Shown: positions 1 to 10,752, counted from the first letter of the stretch. The stretch: 54,864 bases of DNA from an uncultured virus (IMG/VR IMGVR_UViG_3300009667_000002) (IMGVR_UViG_3300009667_000002:62001-116864), one strand, 5' to 3'. Program-made: numbers and translations. The notes: generated by a model not told the origin, from the letters alone.

Positions 1-25
1 TTGTAAAAATTAAAATTCTTTAACT

Positions 26-3000
26 ATGAATAATAAAATTTCTAAAATTTGTCATTTGGCAGACATTCACATTCGTAAAATTCCAACTAGAAACGAAGAA
101 TATGAAAATGTTTTTAATTCTTTAATTTCATCATTAAATATAGAAAAACCAGATAGAATAGTTATTGTTGGTGATTTAGTACATGATTATCTTGACTTAC
201 AGGGTGAACAATTAATATTGACAAATAAATTTTTAAAAAAATTATCAGAAATAGCACCCGTTAGAATTGTAAGAGGTAATCATGATTGTCGTAAAAAAAA
301 TTTAAAACGAGTTGATTCAATAGAAGCAATTGTAAAAACACTTGATAATAATAAAATTATTTATTATAATAAAACTGGTTTTTATGAAGATGAAAATGTT
401 ATTTGGTGTGTTTGGCATCATGGTGAATTAAAAAACAATCCTTGGTTACTTAAAGAAGGGAAAAATATTTTAAAGAATAGGGATTCTAATAAAATATACA
501 TTGATTTATTTCATGACCCCATAACAGGTTCTAAATCAACAACAGGATTTGAATTAAAAAGCAATTCTTTTTTTGGAATTAAGGATTTTAAAGGGGATTT
601 TTCTTTTTTTGGTGATATACATAAAATGCAATTTCTTGATAAAAATAACACAAAAGCATATTCTGGTTCATTAATTGCACAAGATTTTAGTGAAGGTGAT
701 GATAATTTTCATGGTTATATTTTATGGGATATTATAAATAAAACACATAAAGAAATTCCAATTGAAAATGAATTTTCATTTAAAAATATTAAAATAACAC
801 CATTTACTGATTTTGATGATTTAGATTTTGAAATTGAAAATCATACTAATTTCATGAAAATTAGATTTTTGTGGTTAACATTACCTCAAGCAAGAACAAA
901 AGAAAATGAAAGAAAATTAATCAATTTTATTAAAACAAAATATTCTGATAGTCAAATTATAAACATTTCCCATAAAAATCAATTTCTTGAAGAAGATAAA
1001 ATTGATGTAAATAATGATGTTGAATTAAATGATATTAATAATATTGAAATTCAACAAAATATATTTAAAGAATATTTAAAAAAGATTGGTGTGGATGATA
1101 AAACAATTAATGATGTGATTAATCTCGATAATGAAATAAGTAATGAAATAAAAACAACCGAAAACAATCACATTAGTTGGGATATTGTGAAATTTGGTGG
1201 TATTAATTTTATGTCATACGATAAATTGGATGTTGATTGGAAAGATATGAATGGTCTTTATCAAATTACAGGAATGAATACTCATGGTAAAACAACAATA
1301 ATGAAATTAATATCATATATTTTATATAATAAAACATTAGAAACTGAAACAAAAAAGAAATTTGGTGATATTAGATATGTTAATAATAGAAACGATGCTA
1401 CTTCATGTAGTGGTTATATGGTTATTGATGTAAACGGTGAATATTATGGTTTAAAAAGGAAAACTGAAATTAATAAAAATAAATCAGGTGAAATAATTAA
1501 TGTTTCAACAACATTAAACTATTATTTACTTTCTACACCAGATGATGATATGAATGATGAAAATATTATTGATAAATTAGATGATGATAATAGATTAAAA
1601 ACACAAAAAAAGATTGAATCAATTCTTGGTAATTATGATAATTTTATTCGTATTGTTATGACCACATCAGATACACTTAATAGAATATTATCAAATGATA
1701 TGGCGGTGTTTATTGATTCTATTTTATTTGATGCTGGTTTAGATATTTTTGATAAAAAATTAGACGTTTTTAAATTGTATCAAAAGAGAATCAATGAAAA
1801 AGGTAGGATAAACTGTAATGTTGAATCTGTTGAAGAACAAAATAGAATATTGGGTGGAGAAATTGATGAATTAAATAATAAACTAAATGCCGTTGAAACT
1901 ATTGAACTACCAAATATTCAAAATAGAATTAGTAATGGAAAAAAGTATATTGAAGAACAAACAAAAAAATTATATAGAATCAATTCAGAAATATATAATC
2001 TTAATATTGAAGATGTTAATTATGAAATAAAAAATGGGGAAGATAATATCTTAGAAATAAAAAAACGTGAAAAATTGTTAAATGATAATGCAAAATTATT
2101 AATAAAAACATATGATGAAAAAAAATTAGAATCTTTAATTTTAAAAAGAGATGAACATAAACAAAAAGAAAACGAAAATAAATTTAAAATTAAAGACATT
2201 GAATATAAAATACGTGAAAAAGAACATGATATTGAAATATTGAATGGAAATATTTTTAGATTAAAAAATGATGGTTCTAATTTAAAAACAGAAATTACTG
2301 ATTTGAAAAAAAGTAAAATATGTAGTTTATGTGGTCAACCAATAAATAAACCAGAACATTTAGAAAAAATAAAAAATTTGGTTCAGTTGAAAGAAAATGA
2401 GATGTTTAATATTGCAAAAAAAATAAAAATAATTGAAACTGAAGAAAAAAATAATATTCTAAATGAAATTGAAGTTTTAAAAAATGAGGTAATAAATATA
2501 AAAAATATAATCACTAAAAATTCTATTGACATGGAATTTGTTTTAGTTGAAATTGGTAAACTAACGAACGATAAAAATGATGTCGAAAAATATAATGAAA
2601 TAAAAAAAGAACTTGATAGTATTCCACTTTTGATACAAAACGAAGAACTAAAAATTGCAATTTTAAAACAAAAAATTGTTGAATATGAAAATTCTTTACT
2701 TCAAATTGAAGAAAACAAAAAAACGGAAAGAAATATTATTTTAAGTAAAGAAAAATTACAAAATTTTGAAATCGAAGAAAATAAAATCAAAGAAAATATT
2801 TTTATTATTAAAAATTTTATTAGAGATAAAGAAATTCAAATTAAAAATAATAAAGAATTAATTTCTAATTTTGAAAAACAAGAATATCGTGATAAAGTGA
2901 TGGGTTTATATAAAAATTGTGTACATAGGGATGGTATACCAAAACAATTATTGGTTAATTATTTAATACCAAAAATTAATAAAACTATTGAAAATATACT

Positions 3001-3370
3001 ATCAGTATCACCATTTAAAGTTTGGCTAGATGAAAATGATTTAAAACCAAAATTGGCATATAATTCAAGACCAACAGCAATAATTGATACAATTAGTGCG
3101 AGTGGAAAGGAAAGAACGTTTGCAAGTATTGTTTTAAAATTTGCTTTAAATCAAATTAATATTAAGTCAAAACCCGACATATTTTTATTAGACGAAGTTA
3201 TGGGTAAATTAGATGAAGATAGTGTTGAAGAATTTATAGAAATATTACAATTAATAAAAAATTACACGAAAAGGGTCTTAATCATTGAACATAAAGTTAA
3301 TATTGAACCCGATTATATTATTGACGTAATTGCTGACGATAACGGTATTTCGTCATTAAAAATCACATAA
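26..3370 (+). CDS. Fused SbcD/Mre11 nuclease and SbcC/Rad50 ABC-ATPase
   Basis: Metallophosphoesterase motifs HLADIH, GDLVH, GNHD, GDIH; then Walker A GMNTHGKTT, long coiled coil with zinc hook CSLC, signature SASGKE, Walker B IFLLDE, H-switch IIEH. Confidence 0.92.
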   Translation: MNNKISKICHLADIHIRKIPTRNEEYENVFNSLISSLNIEKPDRIVIVGDLVHDYLDLQGEQLILTNKFLKKLSEIAPVRIVRGNHDCRKKNLKRVDSIEAIVKTLDNNKIIYYNKTGFYEDENVIWCVWHHGELKNNPWLLKEGKNILKNRDSNKIYIDLFHDPITGSKSTTGFELKSNSFFGIKDFKGDFSFFGDIHKMQFLDKNNTKAYSGSLIAQDFSEGDDNFHGYILWDIINKTHKEIPIENEFSFKNIKITPFTDFDDLDFEIENHTNFMKIRFLWLTLPQARTKENERKLINFIKTKYSDSQIINISHKNQFLEEDKIDVNNDVELNDINNIEIQQNIFKEYLKKIGVDDKTINDVINLDNEISNEIKTTENNHISWDIVKFGGINFMSYDKLDVDWKDMNGLYQITGMNTHGKTTIMKLISYILYNKTLETETKKKFGDIRYVNNRNDATSCSGYMVIDVNGEYYGLKRKTEINKNKSGEIINVSTTLNYYLLSTPDDDMNDENIIDKLDDDNRLKTQKKIESILGNYDNFIRIVMTTSDTLNRILSNDMAVFIDSILFDAGLDIFDKKLDVFKLYQKRINEKGRINCNVESVEEQNRILGGEIDELNNKLNAVETIELPNIQNRISNGKKYIEEQTKKLYRINSEIYNLNIEDVNYEIKNGEDNILEIKKREKLLNDNAKLLIKTYDEKKLESLILKRDEHKQKENENKFKIKDIEYKIREKEHDIEILNGNIFRLKNDGSNLKTEITDLKKSKICSLCGQPINKPEHLEKIKNLVQLKENEMFNIAKKIKIIETEEKNNILNEIEVLKNEVINIKNIITKNSIDMEFVLVEIGKLTNDKNDVEKYNEIKKELDSIPLLIQNEELKIAILKQKIVEYENSLLQIEENKKTERNIILSKEKLQNFEIEENKIKENIFIIKNFIRDKEIQIKNNKELISNFEKQEYRDKVMGLYKNCVHRDGIPKQLLVNYLIPKINKTIENILSVSPFKVWLDENDLKPKLAYNSRPTAIIDTISASGKERTFASIVLKFALNQINIKSKPDIFLLDEVMGKLDEDSVEEFIEILQLIKNYTKRVLIIEHKVNIEPDYIIDVIADDNGISSLKIT

Positions 3371-3387
3371 AAATAGTAAAACATAAA

Positions 3388-3395
3388 CTATTTAT
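3388..3395 (+). promoter_or_regulatory. Late-type promoter motif CTATTTAT (representative of about 11 copies)
   Basis: (G/C)TATTTAT upstream of gene starts: + at 3388, 5307, 6678, 13101, 20987, 25461, 35377, 37560; - at 15420-15427, 36748-36755, 46935-46942. Confidence 0.6.
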
Positions 3396-3410
3396 TGTAA
3401 AACTAATAAT

Positions 3411-4514
3411 ATGGATATAAAAAAATATGATACATTAAGAAATAAAATAAACAAAAAGGATTTTGAGGGTAAAAATAAATCATTAGATAAATGGTTATAT
3501 AGATTTTCTTTTTTTGGAAATATTGGTTCAATATTTTTTGCTTATTTTTTAGTATATCCATCGTTACAAAAAGCAATTAAAGTGAATTTAATTGATGGTA
3601 TTTGGAATAATATATTATCATTTTTATTTACTGTGATTTTTTTAACAATGTTTGAAATTATAAAAAGATATATTGTTAGAAATTTTTCCCATGATTTTAT
3701 TATAAATGCAAATAAAATTAAATTTAATATAATAACATGGTTTATTGTTTTAGTATCAGTTGTTGTTTTAAGTTTTTATCTTTCTATATCTGGTTCTAAA
3801 AATTTGGCAGATACAAATCATTTCAGTAACATTGTTGTCAATAAAGAATTATCTAATAAATTAGATTCAATTAATAGAAGATATGACCCTATTTTAGAAA
3901 ATCTTACTATAGAATATAGTAATTATATTAATGATGCACGTGAAACTGTTTATAGTAATAAAAGGGATGCTTTTACTGAAAAATCAACAGAAATTGCAAA
4001 CAGGATTGATAAATTAAAACAAGAAAAAGAAAAGGCAATTAATATAGAAAACGATAAATTTTCTATAAAATTAAATGATATTCAAAAAGAAGATTCTAAA
4101 ATCATATTTTTATTTATAATAATTGTTGTGTTTAATGAATTGATAATAATTGGTGGTGTTTATTTTAGAGAATATTTTGAATATAATCTTTATCTTTTAA
4201 ATAAAGATTATTTTGAAAAAATATATACAAAAAGAGATAGATATCGTTCTTTATTAATGTTCATTTATAATGAAGGTAAGTTGAATGTTGGTGATAAAGT
4301 AATTCCTGGTTTAGAATTAAAATCAATTATTAGTGAAAGAACCAATATTCAAAATTCAAATAAAATGGTTGATGATTTTTTGCAAGAAATGGATAAATTA
4401 GGTGTTTTTGTTACTTCTGGTAAAAGAAGATATATTGGTATGGCATATAATGATGCAATGTTATTAATTGAAAATTATGATAGTGCGTTTAGAATTCTTG
4501 AAAACATGAAATAA
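3411..4514 (+). CDS. Membrane protein (about 4 TM segments and a coiled coil), unknown function
   Basis: 367-aa ORF with hydrophobic stretches, preceded by the late-type motif. Confidence 0.7.
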   Translation: MDIKKYDTLRNKINKKDFEGKNKSLDKWLYRFSFFGNIGSIFFAYFLVYPSLQKAIKVNLIDGIWNNILSFLFTVIFLTMFEIIKRYIVRNFSHDFIINANKIKFNIITWFIVLVSVVVLSFYLSISGSKNLADTNHFSNIVVNKELSNKLDSINRRYDPILENLTIEYSNYINDARETVYSNKRDAFTEKSTEIANRIDKLKQEKEKAINIENDKFSIKLNDIQKEDSKIIFLFIIIVVFNELIIIGGVYFREYFEYNLYLLNKDYFEKIYTKRDRYRSLLMFIYNEGKLNVGDKVIPGLELKSIISERTNIQNSNKMVDDFLQEMDKLGVFVTSGKRRYIGMAYNDAMLLIENYDSAFRILENMK

Positions 4515-4515
4515 A

Positions 4516-4692
4516 ATGAATAAAAACGAAAAAAAAATATTAAGAATAAAAGCAAATTTATTAAAAAAGTCTTTAACTATTGTGGATAATTTGGGTAATT
4601 TTGAACCTGAAGAATTTTATAATAATGAAGATTTGAAAATTCTTATTGAAGATGCAAAAAAATTAAAAAAAAATCCATATTGGAAATTATAA
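4516..4692 (+). CDS. Small hypothetical protein (58 aa, MNKNEKKILRIKANLLKK...PYWKL), not in the ORF track
   Basis: ATG 4516 to TAA 4692, fills the gap between its neighbours. Confidence 0.65.
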   Translation: MNKNEKKILRIKANLLKKSLTIVDNLGNFEPEEFYNNEDLKILIEDAKKLKKNPYWKL

Positions 4693-4698
4693 TTTTCT

Positions 4699-5301
4699 AT
4701 GTTAAATATTGATGATAAAACATTTTCAATTAATGAAAATAATTATATAAAAACAAAAACAGAAAAAAAACAAATTGTCATTTCTTTTAGTTTAAGAAAA
4801 AAAAATTACCACATTCTTAGATTACAACAAAACGAAATGGGTAAATCTAAGATGTGGAATACGTTTACTATAGATAGAAACGGTAACGTTTTTCAACATT
4901 ATAATGATGAATATTATACTAATTATTTAATTGATGGAAAAAACAATAAAGAAATAATATCCATTGTTTTAGAAAATATGGGCGGTTTGGTTGAATCTCC
5001 TAATGGTGAATTTATTAATCAATTAAATGAGGTTTGTGATTTTGATAGTGTTATAGAAAAAAAATGGTTGAGTTGTTCTTATTGGGAAAAAATACCTGAA
5101 ACACAATTTAATAATTTAATTTTATTGTGTCAATTTTTATTAAAAAAACACAATATTCCTTCAAATGTTATTGAATTTCAACATTATCACAAAAATATAT
5201 ATAAATATATTGGAATTGTTTTCATGAGTAATTATATTGATGATTTTACTTATTTTAATCCAATGTTTGATATTAATGAATTTAAAAGAAAAATTCAATA
5301 A
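4699..5301 (+). CDS. Amidase_2-fold protein lacking Zn ligands (probably inactive)
   Basis: Aligns by eye with the amidase at 9630, but has QIVISFS for QIVLHHT and GIVFMSNY for GIWSHSSY. Confidence 0.7.
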   Translation: MLNIDDKTFSINENNYIKTKTEKKQIVISFSLRKKNYHILRLQQNEMGKSKMWNTFTIDRNGNVFQHYNDEYYTNYLIDGKNNKEIISIVLENMGGLVESPNGEFINQLNEVCDFDSVIEKKWLSCSYWEKIPETQFNNLILLCQFLLKKHNIPSNVIEFQHYHKNIYKYIGIVFMSNYIDDFTYFNPMFDINEFKRKIQ

Positions 5302-5346
5302 AAAAACTATTTATTAAAAATGAAAGACACAAAAGATTAGATTAAT

Positions 5347-5841
5347 ATGAAAAAAACAACAACATCAAACGAAATGAGAATTTTTCTTAATCGTATGCGT
5401 AATGGATATGATGTGAAAAATCAAAAAAAAATATTGTTAAAAGAATATACAATGCGTGATTTATTAAAAATAACACGTTCTTTAAATGAAGAAAAAGAAG
5501 AAAATGAAATTGGTTTAAATAAAATAACAACTATTGACCAAAAAAATGAAGAAAATAAATTTTTGGCATTGTTTGATAATATGCCCGAAAATGAAACAGT
5601 AAGTGTTATTTTTTTTGATTTATATGTTTATGATAATCTTATTTTTTGGGGTGGTGTTGTTGATGGGGTTATTGAATTTACTTATCAGGTAACAAAAGAA
5701 GAAAATAGTTCTGGTGTAATGTTTGATTTTCTTGAAGAATATTCACCAGATAATCCAAAATATGATGAAATTATTAAAAGAATTGAAAATTATTATAATA
5801 AATTTTCTGAATATTGGAGAAATGAGGTGTTAAACAAATAA
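5347..5841 (+). CDS. Hypothetical protein, probably virion-associated
   Basis: 164-aa ORF after a late-type motif; LLKE and SLNE sites in the N-terminal part. Confidence 0.55.
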   Translation: MKKTTTSNEMRIFLNRMRNGYDVKNQKKILLKEYTMRDLLKITRSLNEEKEENEIGLNKITTIDQKNEENKFLALFDNMPENETVSVIFFDLYVYDNLIFWGGVVDGVIEFTYQVTKEENSSGVMFDFLEEYSPDNPKYDEIIKRIENYYNKFSEYWRNEVLNK

Positions 5842-5859
5842 ATTAATATAAATTATATT

Positions 5860-6648
5860 ATGAATAAAATTTTAGATTATATATTAAAAAATATTAAAAT
5901 TATTTTATTTTTTATAATAATTTTTATCATAATTTTTACTTTACAAAATAAAAGAATTGAAAAATTAAATGATAAAATTTCAAATGAAATTAAACTAAAA
6001 AATGCTTTATTAGATACTATTTCAACATATAGAAATAAAAATAACGAATTGGTTTCTGAAAAACTTACCATGCAAGAAACTATAAAAAATTTAAATGAAA
6101 TTAGTGGTAAGTTAAATTCAATGCAAAAAGAATTAATTAATAGAATTAATAATTTAGAAAATAAAAATAATATTATTGCTGCTGCATTGATTGAAACAAA
6201 TTTAAAAATTGATTCTTTTTTACATGATGGTGAAACTATTGTAGATACTATTACTAATAAAATCGTCTTTAAAGATAATTATAGCAATAAAAACAAATTC
6301 GTTACATATAAATTTACAGTATATGATATTAAACCAATTAGTATTGAAAAAACACCATTTCTATTAATAGATTCACTTTATTTTCCAAATAAACAATACA
6401 TTGATTTTCAATGGAAAAATGATAAAAAAATGGGTTATCCAGTATCATTCAGTATTACAAACAGTAATGATTTTTTTAAAACAGAAAATATTGAAAGTTA
6501 TGTTATACCTAATATAACAAAAGAGCATTTAAATCCAAATGGATGGCAAAAAGTTCAAAATTTTTATTATAAAAATAAAAATTCGGTTATTTATACTACT
6601 ATTGGTGTGGGTGTTGGTGTTCTTGGAACATTATTAATATCTAATTAA
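5860..6648 (+). CDS. Membrane-anchored coiled-coil protein (possible lysis or spanin-like role)
   Basis: N-terminal TM, coiled coil, C-terminal hydrophobic GVGVGVLG segment. Confidence 0.5.
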   Translation: MNKILDYILKNIKIILFFIIIFIIIFTLQNKRIEKLNDKISNEIKLKNALLDTISTYRNKNNELVSEKLTMQETIKNLNEISGKLNSMQKELINRINNLENKNNIIAAALIETNLKIDSFLHDGETIVDTITNKIVFKDNYSNKNKFVTYKFTVYDIKPISIEKTPFLLIDSLYFPNKQYIDFQWKNDKKMGYPVSFSITNSNDFFKTENIESYVIPNITKEHLNPNGWQKVQNFYYKNKNSVIYTTIGVGVGVLGTLLISN

Positions 6649-6704
6649 TCCTTTATACTATTTTTCGTTTTCTTTAAGTATTTATGAATAAGAATAGTTT
6701 CATA

Positions 6705-6911
6705 ATGAATAGTAGTGAAATAAAGTCAATAGTAAAAGATGAATTGAATAAATTTGTATCTGATTTATTAGATAAAGAAATTGCAAAACTGTTAAAACAA
6801 AACAATAGTAAATCAAGAAATGAAATGATTTCAACAATAAAAGATTCATTAGAAGCCGTATATAAAGTTTTATGGCAAAAACGTGAATTTTGGAAAACTG
6901 ATATTAAATAA
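6705..6911 (+). CDS. Small hypothetical protein
   Basis: Track start 6684 overlaps the GTATTTAT motif (6678-6685), so in-frame ATG 6705 (MNSSEIK) is more likely. Confidence 0.55.
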   Translation: MNSSEIKSIVKDELNKFVSDLLDKEIAKLLKQNNSKSRNEMISTIKDSLEAVYKVLWQKREFWKTDIK

Positions 6912-6913
6912 TT

Positions 6914-9250
6914 ATGAATGAGAATACTAATTTTAAACCAACATTAAAAAAACCCATAAATAAACAATCAAAAGGGTTGGAAGATAACTTTAAAAAAAAT
7001 ATGAGTGGGTTGAATATTAAATTAAATGAAATTGATTCATTATTAACAGAAAAAGAACAATCATTAAAAAAGAAAATATTTAGTTTACCTAAAATGGAAG
7101 CCTTGGTTTTTTCAGACCCAAAATTGTCTGCAATTTATGATGAAATGGCTGAAAATGGTGAAGAAAAATATGGATATCATTACAATGAAACAATTCAAAA
7201 TATGATATTTAATGATTATGTATTAAATAGTCCAAAATATATTCTAAAATATAAAAGAGCGATACCAAAAAAGAAAAAAAGAAGGGATAAAAGTGGTATT
7301 AATCAAATAAAAAAAGCAGGTGAGGAAACCATGAGAAATAAAGGATTAATTAATGGTAAAAAGGATAATGATGTTTCTGAAACAACATCTTGTGGAAGTG
7401 CAGGTGGTTCTGTTGGATATGTTGGTTATGCAACACCATCGGCATGGGGTAATGGTGATTTAATGAAGGGTAAAAAATCCAAAATTATTAGAAAACCAAT
7501 TTGGAGTGGTGGTAAAATAATACAAGAAAATGAAAATTTAATTAATGATAATGAAATGATTGAAACATCAGAACAATTACAAGCATTACTTAAAACTAGA
7601 AAATTAACAAAAAATGATATTCCTAAATTAAAAGGTCAAGCATTATATGATGTTGCATTAAAATTTGCAAATAAAATGATTGGTTATGTAGATTGGGATG
7701 ATTTGGGAGATACTAATTCTTTATGGGATTATATTGATGAAAATGGTGGTATGACTTATAATGATTTAATTAATTCAGTAAAAGATGCTGTTGATGATAG
7801 ATTACGTGCAGATAGATTTGATGGTATTTTTTATGAAGCAAAGAGGAATATAAAAACAAAAATAGGTGAAAGTGAATATTTAACAGATTCTTCTGGTTTT
7901 GAAAAATATGTTAATGAATTGGAATCAGAAAAATTTTATGGTGAAAGAATAAAAATATACGTTAATGATATTCCATATTATTTAGAAAGAGTTGATTATA
8001 CTCATTTTTTTATGTCAAAAGAAGAAACCAAAAGAGGTATTCTATATAAAATAGAACAACATAGAGGTCAACCATATTATTTTGATGTTCAGGATTGGTT
8101 ATTTGGTGGCGATAATAAACCAGATGGTAAAAAATATTATACTAAACAAAATGAAGATGCAACAAGTATGGTAAATGCTTCAAAATTACAATCAAGAGAA
8201 GATTCAATGTCTAATAAAATGGAAACATCATCAGTTCCAACAGGAACACAACAAAGTGGTGGATTAAATGAATCTGAATTTATTGAACAAGTAAATAAAG
8301 AATTGGAAGCAATTTCTAAATATCATAATATATTATCAAACATGAATGAAGATAGAAAAATATCAACAGAAGTGGATAGGCAAAGAATTATAAATCAAAA
8401 TCCATCTAATTTTAAGAAAGATTTAAATTATAGCGGAACTAAAAAAATAATTGATGTTCAAAAAGAATTAGAATGGAAAGACCAACAAATAACAATTAAA
8501 GACCCACAAAAATTAGGTGTGGATATTGAAAAGCAAGAAATTAAATCAACTAATGCTAATAGTAATACACATCTAAAAAATGTAGGTAATAGTGATAATG
8601 ATAAGGGTAATGAAATACCTAAACGTAATAGAACACAAGAAGAACAAAATGAAGTGGATTTATATACTAAAGGATTACATTCCGTTAAATTTGATATAGA
8701 ACCAAGTAAACGTTTTAAAGACAGAATGAAAAAAGATATGGGTGATAAATTTTATGAAATAAGAAAAAAACAACTAGAAGATGGTAAAAAACAACCTTTA
8801 TATAATAAAGAATCACAACCTGTATATGATGGTAATGAAATGAATCAATATAACAAATATAAGGATATTAATGAATCAATGATTACTGGAAGATATGTTG
8901 ATATATTAGGAAAAAAACGAATTATTGATTTTAATATTCATGAAGTTTTAACCACTGAAAATGTAAACGGATTATTTAAATTAGATTTAACTGGTTTTGG
9001 TAATAAGTATAATAGCAAAACGGTTGATTATAAAATTATAAAAAATGATAAGATTATAAATTTAATGGAAAACTATAAATTTTATACTGATGGTAAAAAT
9101 AGTATTTTTAAAATAAAAAAAGAAAAAAATGTTGTTAATGAAAATTTAAATGTAGACAATAAAATTTTAAATAAAATGAAACATTTATTAAATTATAAAC
9201 CAAAGAATTTTATTGATACGAAAAGCACTAAAAAAAACAGAGGATTTTAA
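6914..9250 (+). CDS. Large hypothetical protein, probable internal head protein
   Basis: 778 aa, in a late-type unit, many (L/I/M/V)xE sites between segments. Confidence 0.5.
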   Translation: MNENTNFKPTLKKPINKQSKGLEDNFKKNMSGLNIKLNEIDSLLTEKEQSLKKKIFSLPKMEALVFSDPKLSAIYDEMAENGEEKYGYHYNETIQNMIFNDYVLNSPKYILKYKRAIPKKKKRRDKSGINQIKKAGEETMRNKGLINGKKDNDVSETTSCGSAGGSVGYVGYATPSAWGNGDLMKGKKSKIIRKPIWSGGKIIQENENLINDNEMIETSEQLQALLKTRKLTKNDIPKLKGQALYDVALKFANKMIGYVDWDDLGDTNSLWDYIDENGGMTYNDLINSVKDAVDDRLRADRFDGIFYEAKRNIKTKIGESEYLTDSSGFEKYVNELESEKFYGERIKIYVNDIPYYLERVDYTHFFMSKEETKRGILYKIEQHRGQPYYFDVQDWLFGGDNKPDGKKYYTKQNEDATSMVNASKLQSREDSMSNKMETSSVPTGTQQSGGLNESEFIEQVNKELEAISKYHNILSNMNEDRKISTEVDRQRIINQNPSNFKKDLNYSGTKKIIDVQKELEWKDQQITIKDPQKLGVDIEKQEIKSTNANSNTHLKNVGNSDNDKGNEIPKRNRTQEEQNEVDLYTKGLHSVKFDIEPSKRFKDRMKKDMGDKFYEIRKKQLEDGKKQPLYNKESQPVYDGNEMNQYNKYKDINESMITGRYVDILGKKRIIDFNIHEVLTTENVNGLFKLDLTGFGNKYNSKTVDYKIIKNDKIINLMENYKFYTDGKNSIFKIKKEKNVVNENLNVDNKILNKMKHLLNYKPKNFIDTKSTKKNRGF

Positions 9251-9253
9251 TAT

Positions 9254-9619
9254 ATGACAAATAATATTAGTAAAGAAAAATTTTTGGAAACGTATTATAA
9301 TTATCCACCTAATAGGTGGATAATTTTTATATATAGTTTTTTTACAAAAAATAATATAAATAAAGAATTAAAATTAAAAAATGTATATACGTTTATATTT
9401 ATTATTCTTTTTTTAATTGGATTTTTTGGTGTTATTTTTAATTTAAATAAAAAAATTATTTTATGTTCAATTTTTGTTTATTTAATATTATTGATTATTT
9501 TTATAGTTTCATTAACAATTGCAATTTTAATGAATAATTATAGAATAAAAAAAATATGTAAAGAATTAAATATTAATACAGATGAATATAATAAATTATC
9601 TAAAAATTATTTTAAATAA
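9254..9619 (+). CDS. Two-TM membrane protein (holin candidate)
   Basis: Two hydrophobic helices, immediately upstream of the intact amidase. Confidence 0.45.
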   Translation: MTNNISKEKFLETYYNYPPNRWIIFIYSFFTKNNINKELKLKNVYTFIFIILFLIGFFGVIFNLNKKIILCSIFVYLILLIIFIVSLTIAILMNNYRIKKICKELNINTDEYNKLSKNYFK

Positions 9620-9629
9620 ATTATTTGTT

Positions 9630-10337
9630 ATGGATGGTATTTGGAAAACAAAAAAAGAAAACGAAAAAGAAAATAAAATTTTATCAAAATTAGACTTAAA
9701 AGAAATTATTTTGGTTGATTTTCCATATAATCAATATGTTAGAGAAGAAACTAAAAAAAATCAAATTGTTTTACATCATACCGTATCTGGTCAAGGCGTT
9801 GATGGTGATATTAAGTGGTGGTTAATGACAGCAGAACGTATTGCCACGGCATTAATAATTCAATGGGATGGTAAAATATTTCAATGTTTTTCATCCAAGT
9901 ATTGGGCTTATCATTTGGGTGCTGGTAATTCAAATTTAGATAAACATTCCATTGGAATTGAAATAGATTCTTGGGGTGGTTTAATTGAAAAAAATGGATT
10001 GTGGTATCCTGCAAAATGGGATGATGTAAAAAAGAAAAATATACCAAATACTAATTTAAAACCAGTTGAAAATGTAGTAATATATGATAAACAATATCGT
10101 GGTTTTTATGGGTTTGAAAAATATACCGATGAACAAATTGAATCATTACGTAAATTACTTATTTTTTTCAATGAAAAATATGATATACCTTTAGATTATA
10201 ATGAAGATATGTTTACATATTCAGAAAAAGCAATTAATGGTGTTTCAGGTATATGGTCACATTCTTCATATAGACAAGATAAAAGTGATGTTCATCCACA
10301 AAAAGAATTAATTGAAATGTTAAAATCGTTAAAATAG
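9630..10337 (+). CDS. N-acetylmuramoyl-L-alanine amidase (Amidase_2, endolysin candidate)
   Basis: IVLHHT, WAYHLG, SIGIEI, SHS...KSDVHP motifs; ATG 9630 preferred over 9582, which overlaps the upstream gene. Confidence 0.85.
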   Translation: MDGIWKTKKENEKENKILSKLDLKEIILVDFPYNQYVREETKKNQIVLHHTVSGQGVDGDIKWWLMTAERIATALIIQWDGKIFQCFSSKYWAYHLGAGNSNLDKHSIGIEIDSWGGLIEKNGLWYPAKWDDVKKKNIPNTNLKPVENVVIYDKQYRGFYGFEKYTDEQIESLRKLLIFFNEKYDIPLDYNEDMFTYSEKAINGVSGIWSHSSYRQDKSDVHPQKELIEMLKSLK

Positions 10338-10346
10338 TTTATTGTT

Positions 10347-10751
10347 TTGAAAAATATAATAAGACAAAGAAATGAACTTTATAGGGATTTTAGTATTAAT
10401 TTATTATCCCATATAATATATTATTATCTTGATAAAGATACATTATCCAACGACAATGATATAAAAAATCATTATAATTGGTGTTTTAATAAAACTTGTG
10501 AAAATTTTAAAAAAGAGGAAATTGATTTTACAAAAAATAATAAATTAAAAGAATATTTTTATAAATATTATTATCATAGATATTATAAAAATAATGAAAT
10601 TGAAAACAATGAACATTTTCTATTTTGGAAAAATGTATTTAATTTAGATAATCAAAACGATAAAAATAGTATGAAATTATTAATGGAAATATATTCAATA
10701 TTTGATGAATATTTTCAAAATAAAAATAAACCAGAAAAAATAATATTATAA
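10347..10751 (+). CDS. Hypothetical protein
   Basis: 134-aa ORF, TTG start, in operon context. Confidence 0.55.
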   Translation: MKNIIRQRNELYRDFSINLLSHIIYYYLDKDTLSNDNDIKNHYNWCFNKTCENFKKEEIDFTKNNKLKEYFYKYYYHRYYKNNEIENNEHFLFWKNVFNLDNQNDKNSMKLLMEIYSIFDEYFQNKNKPEKIIL

Positions 10752-10752
10752 A

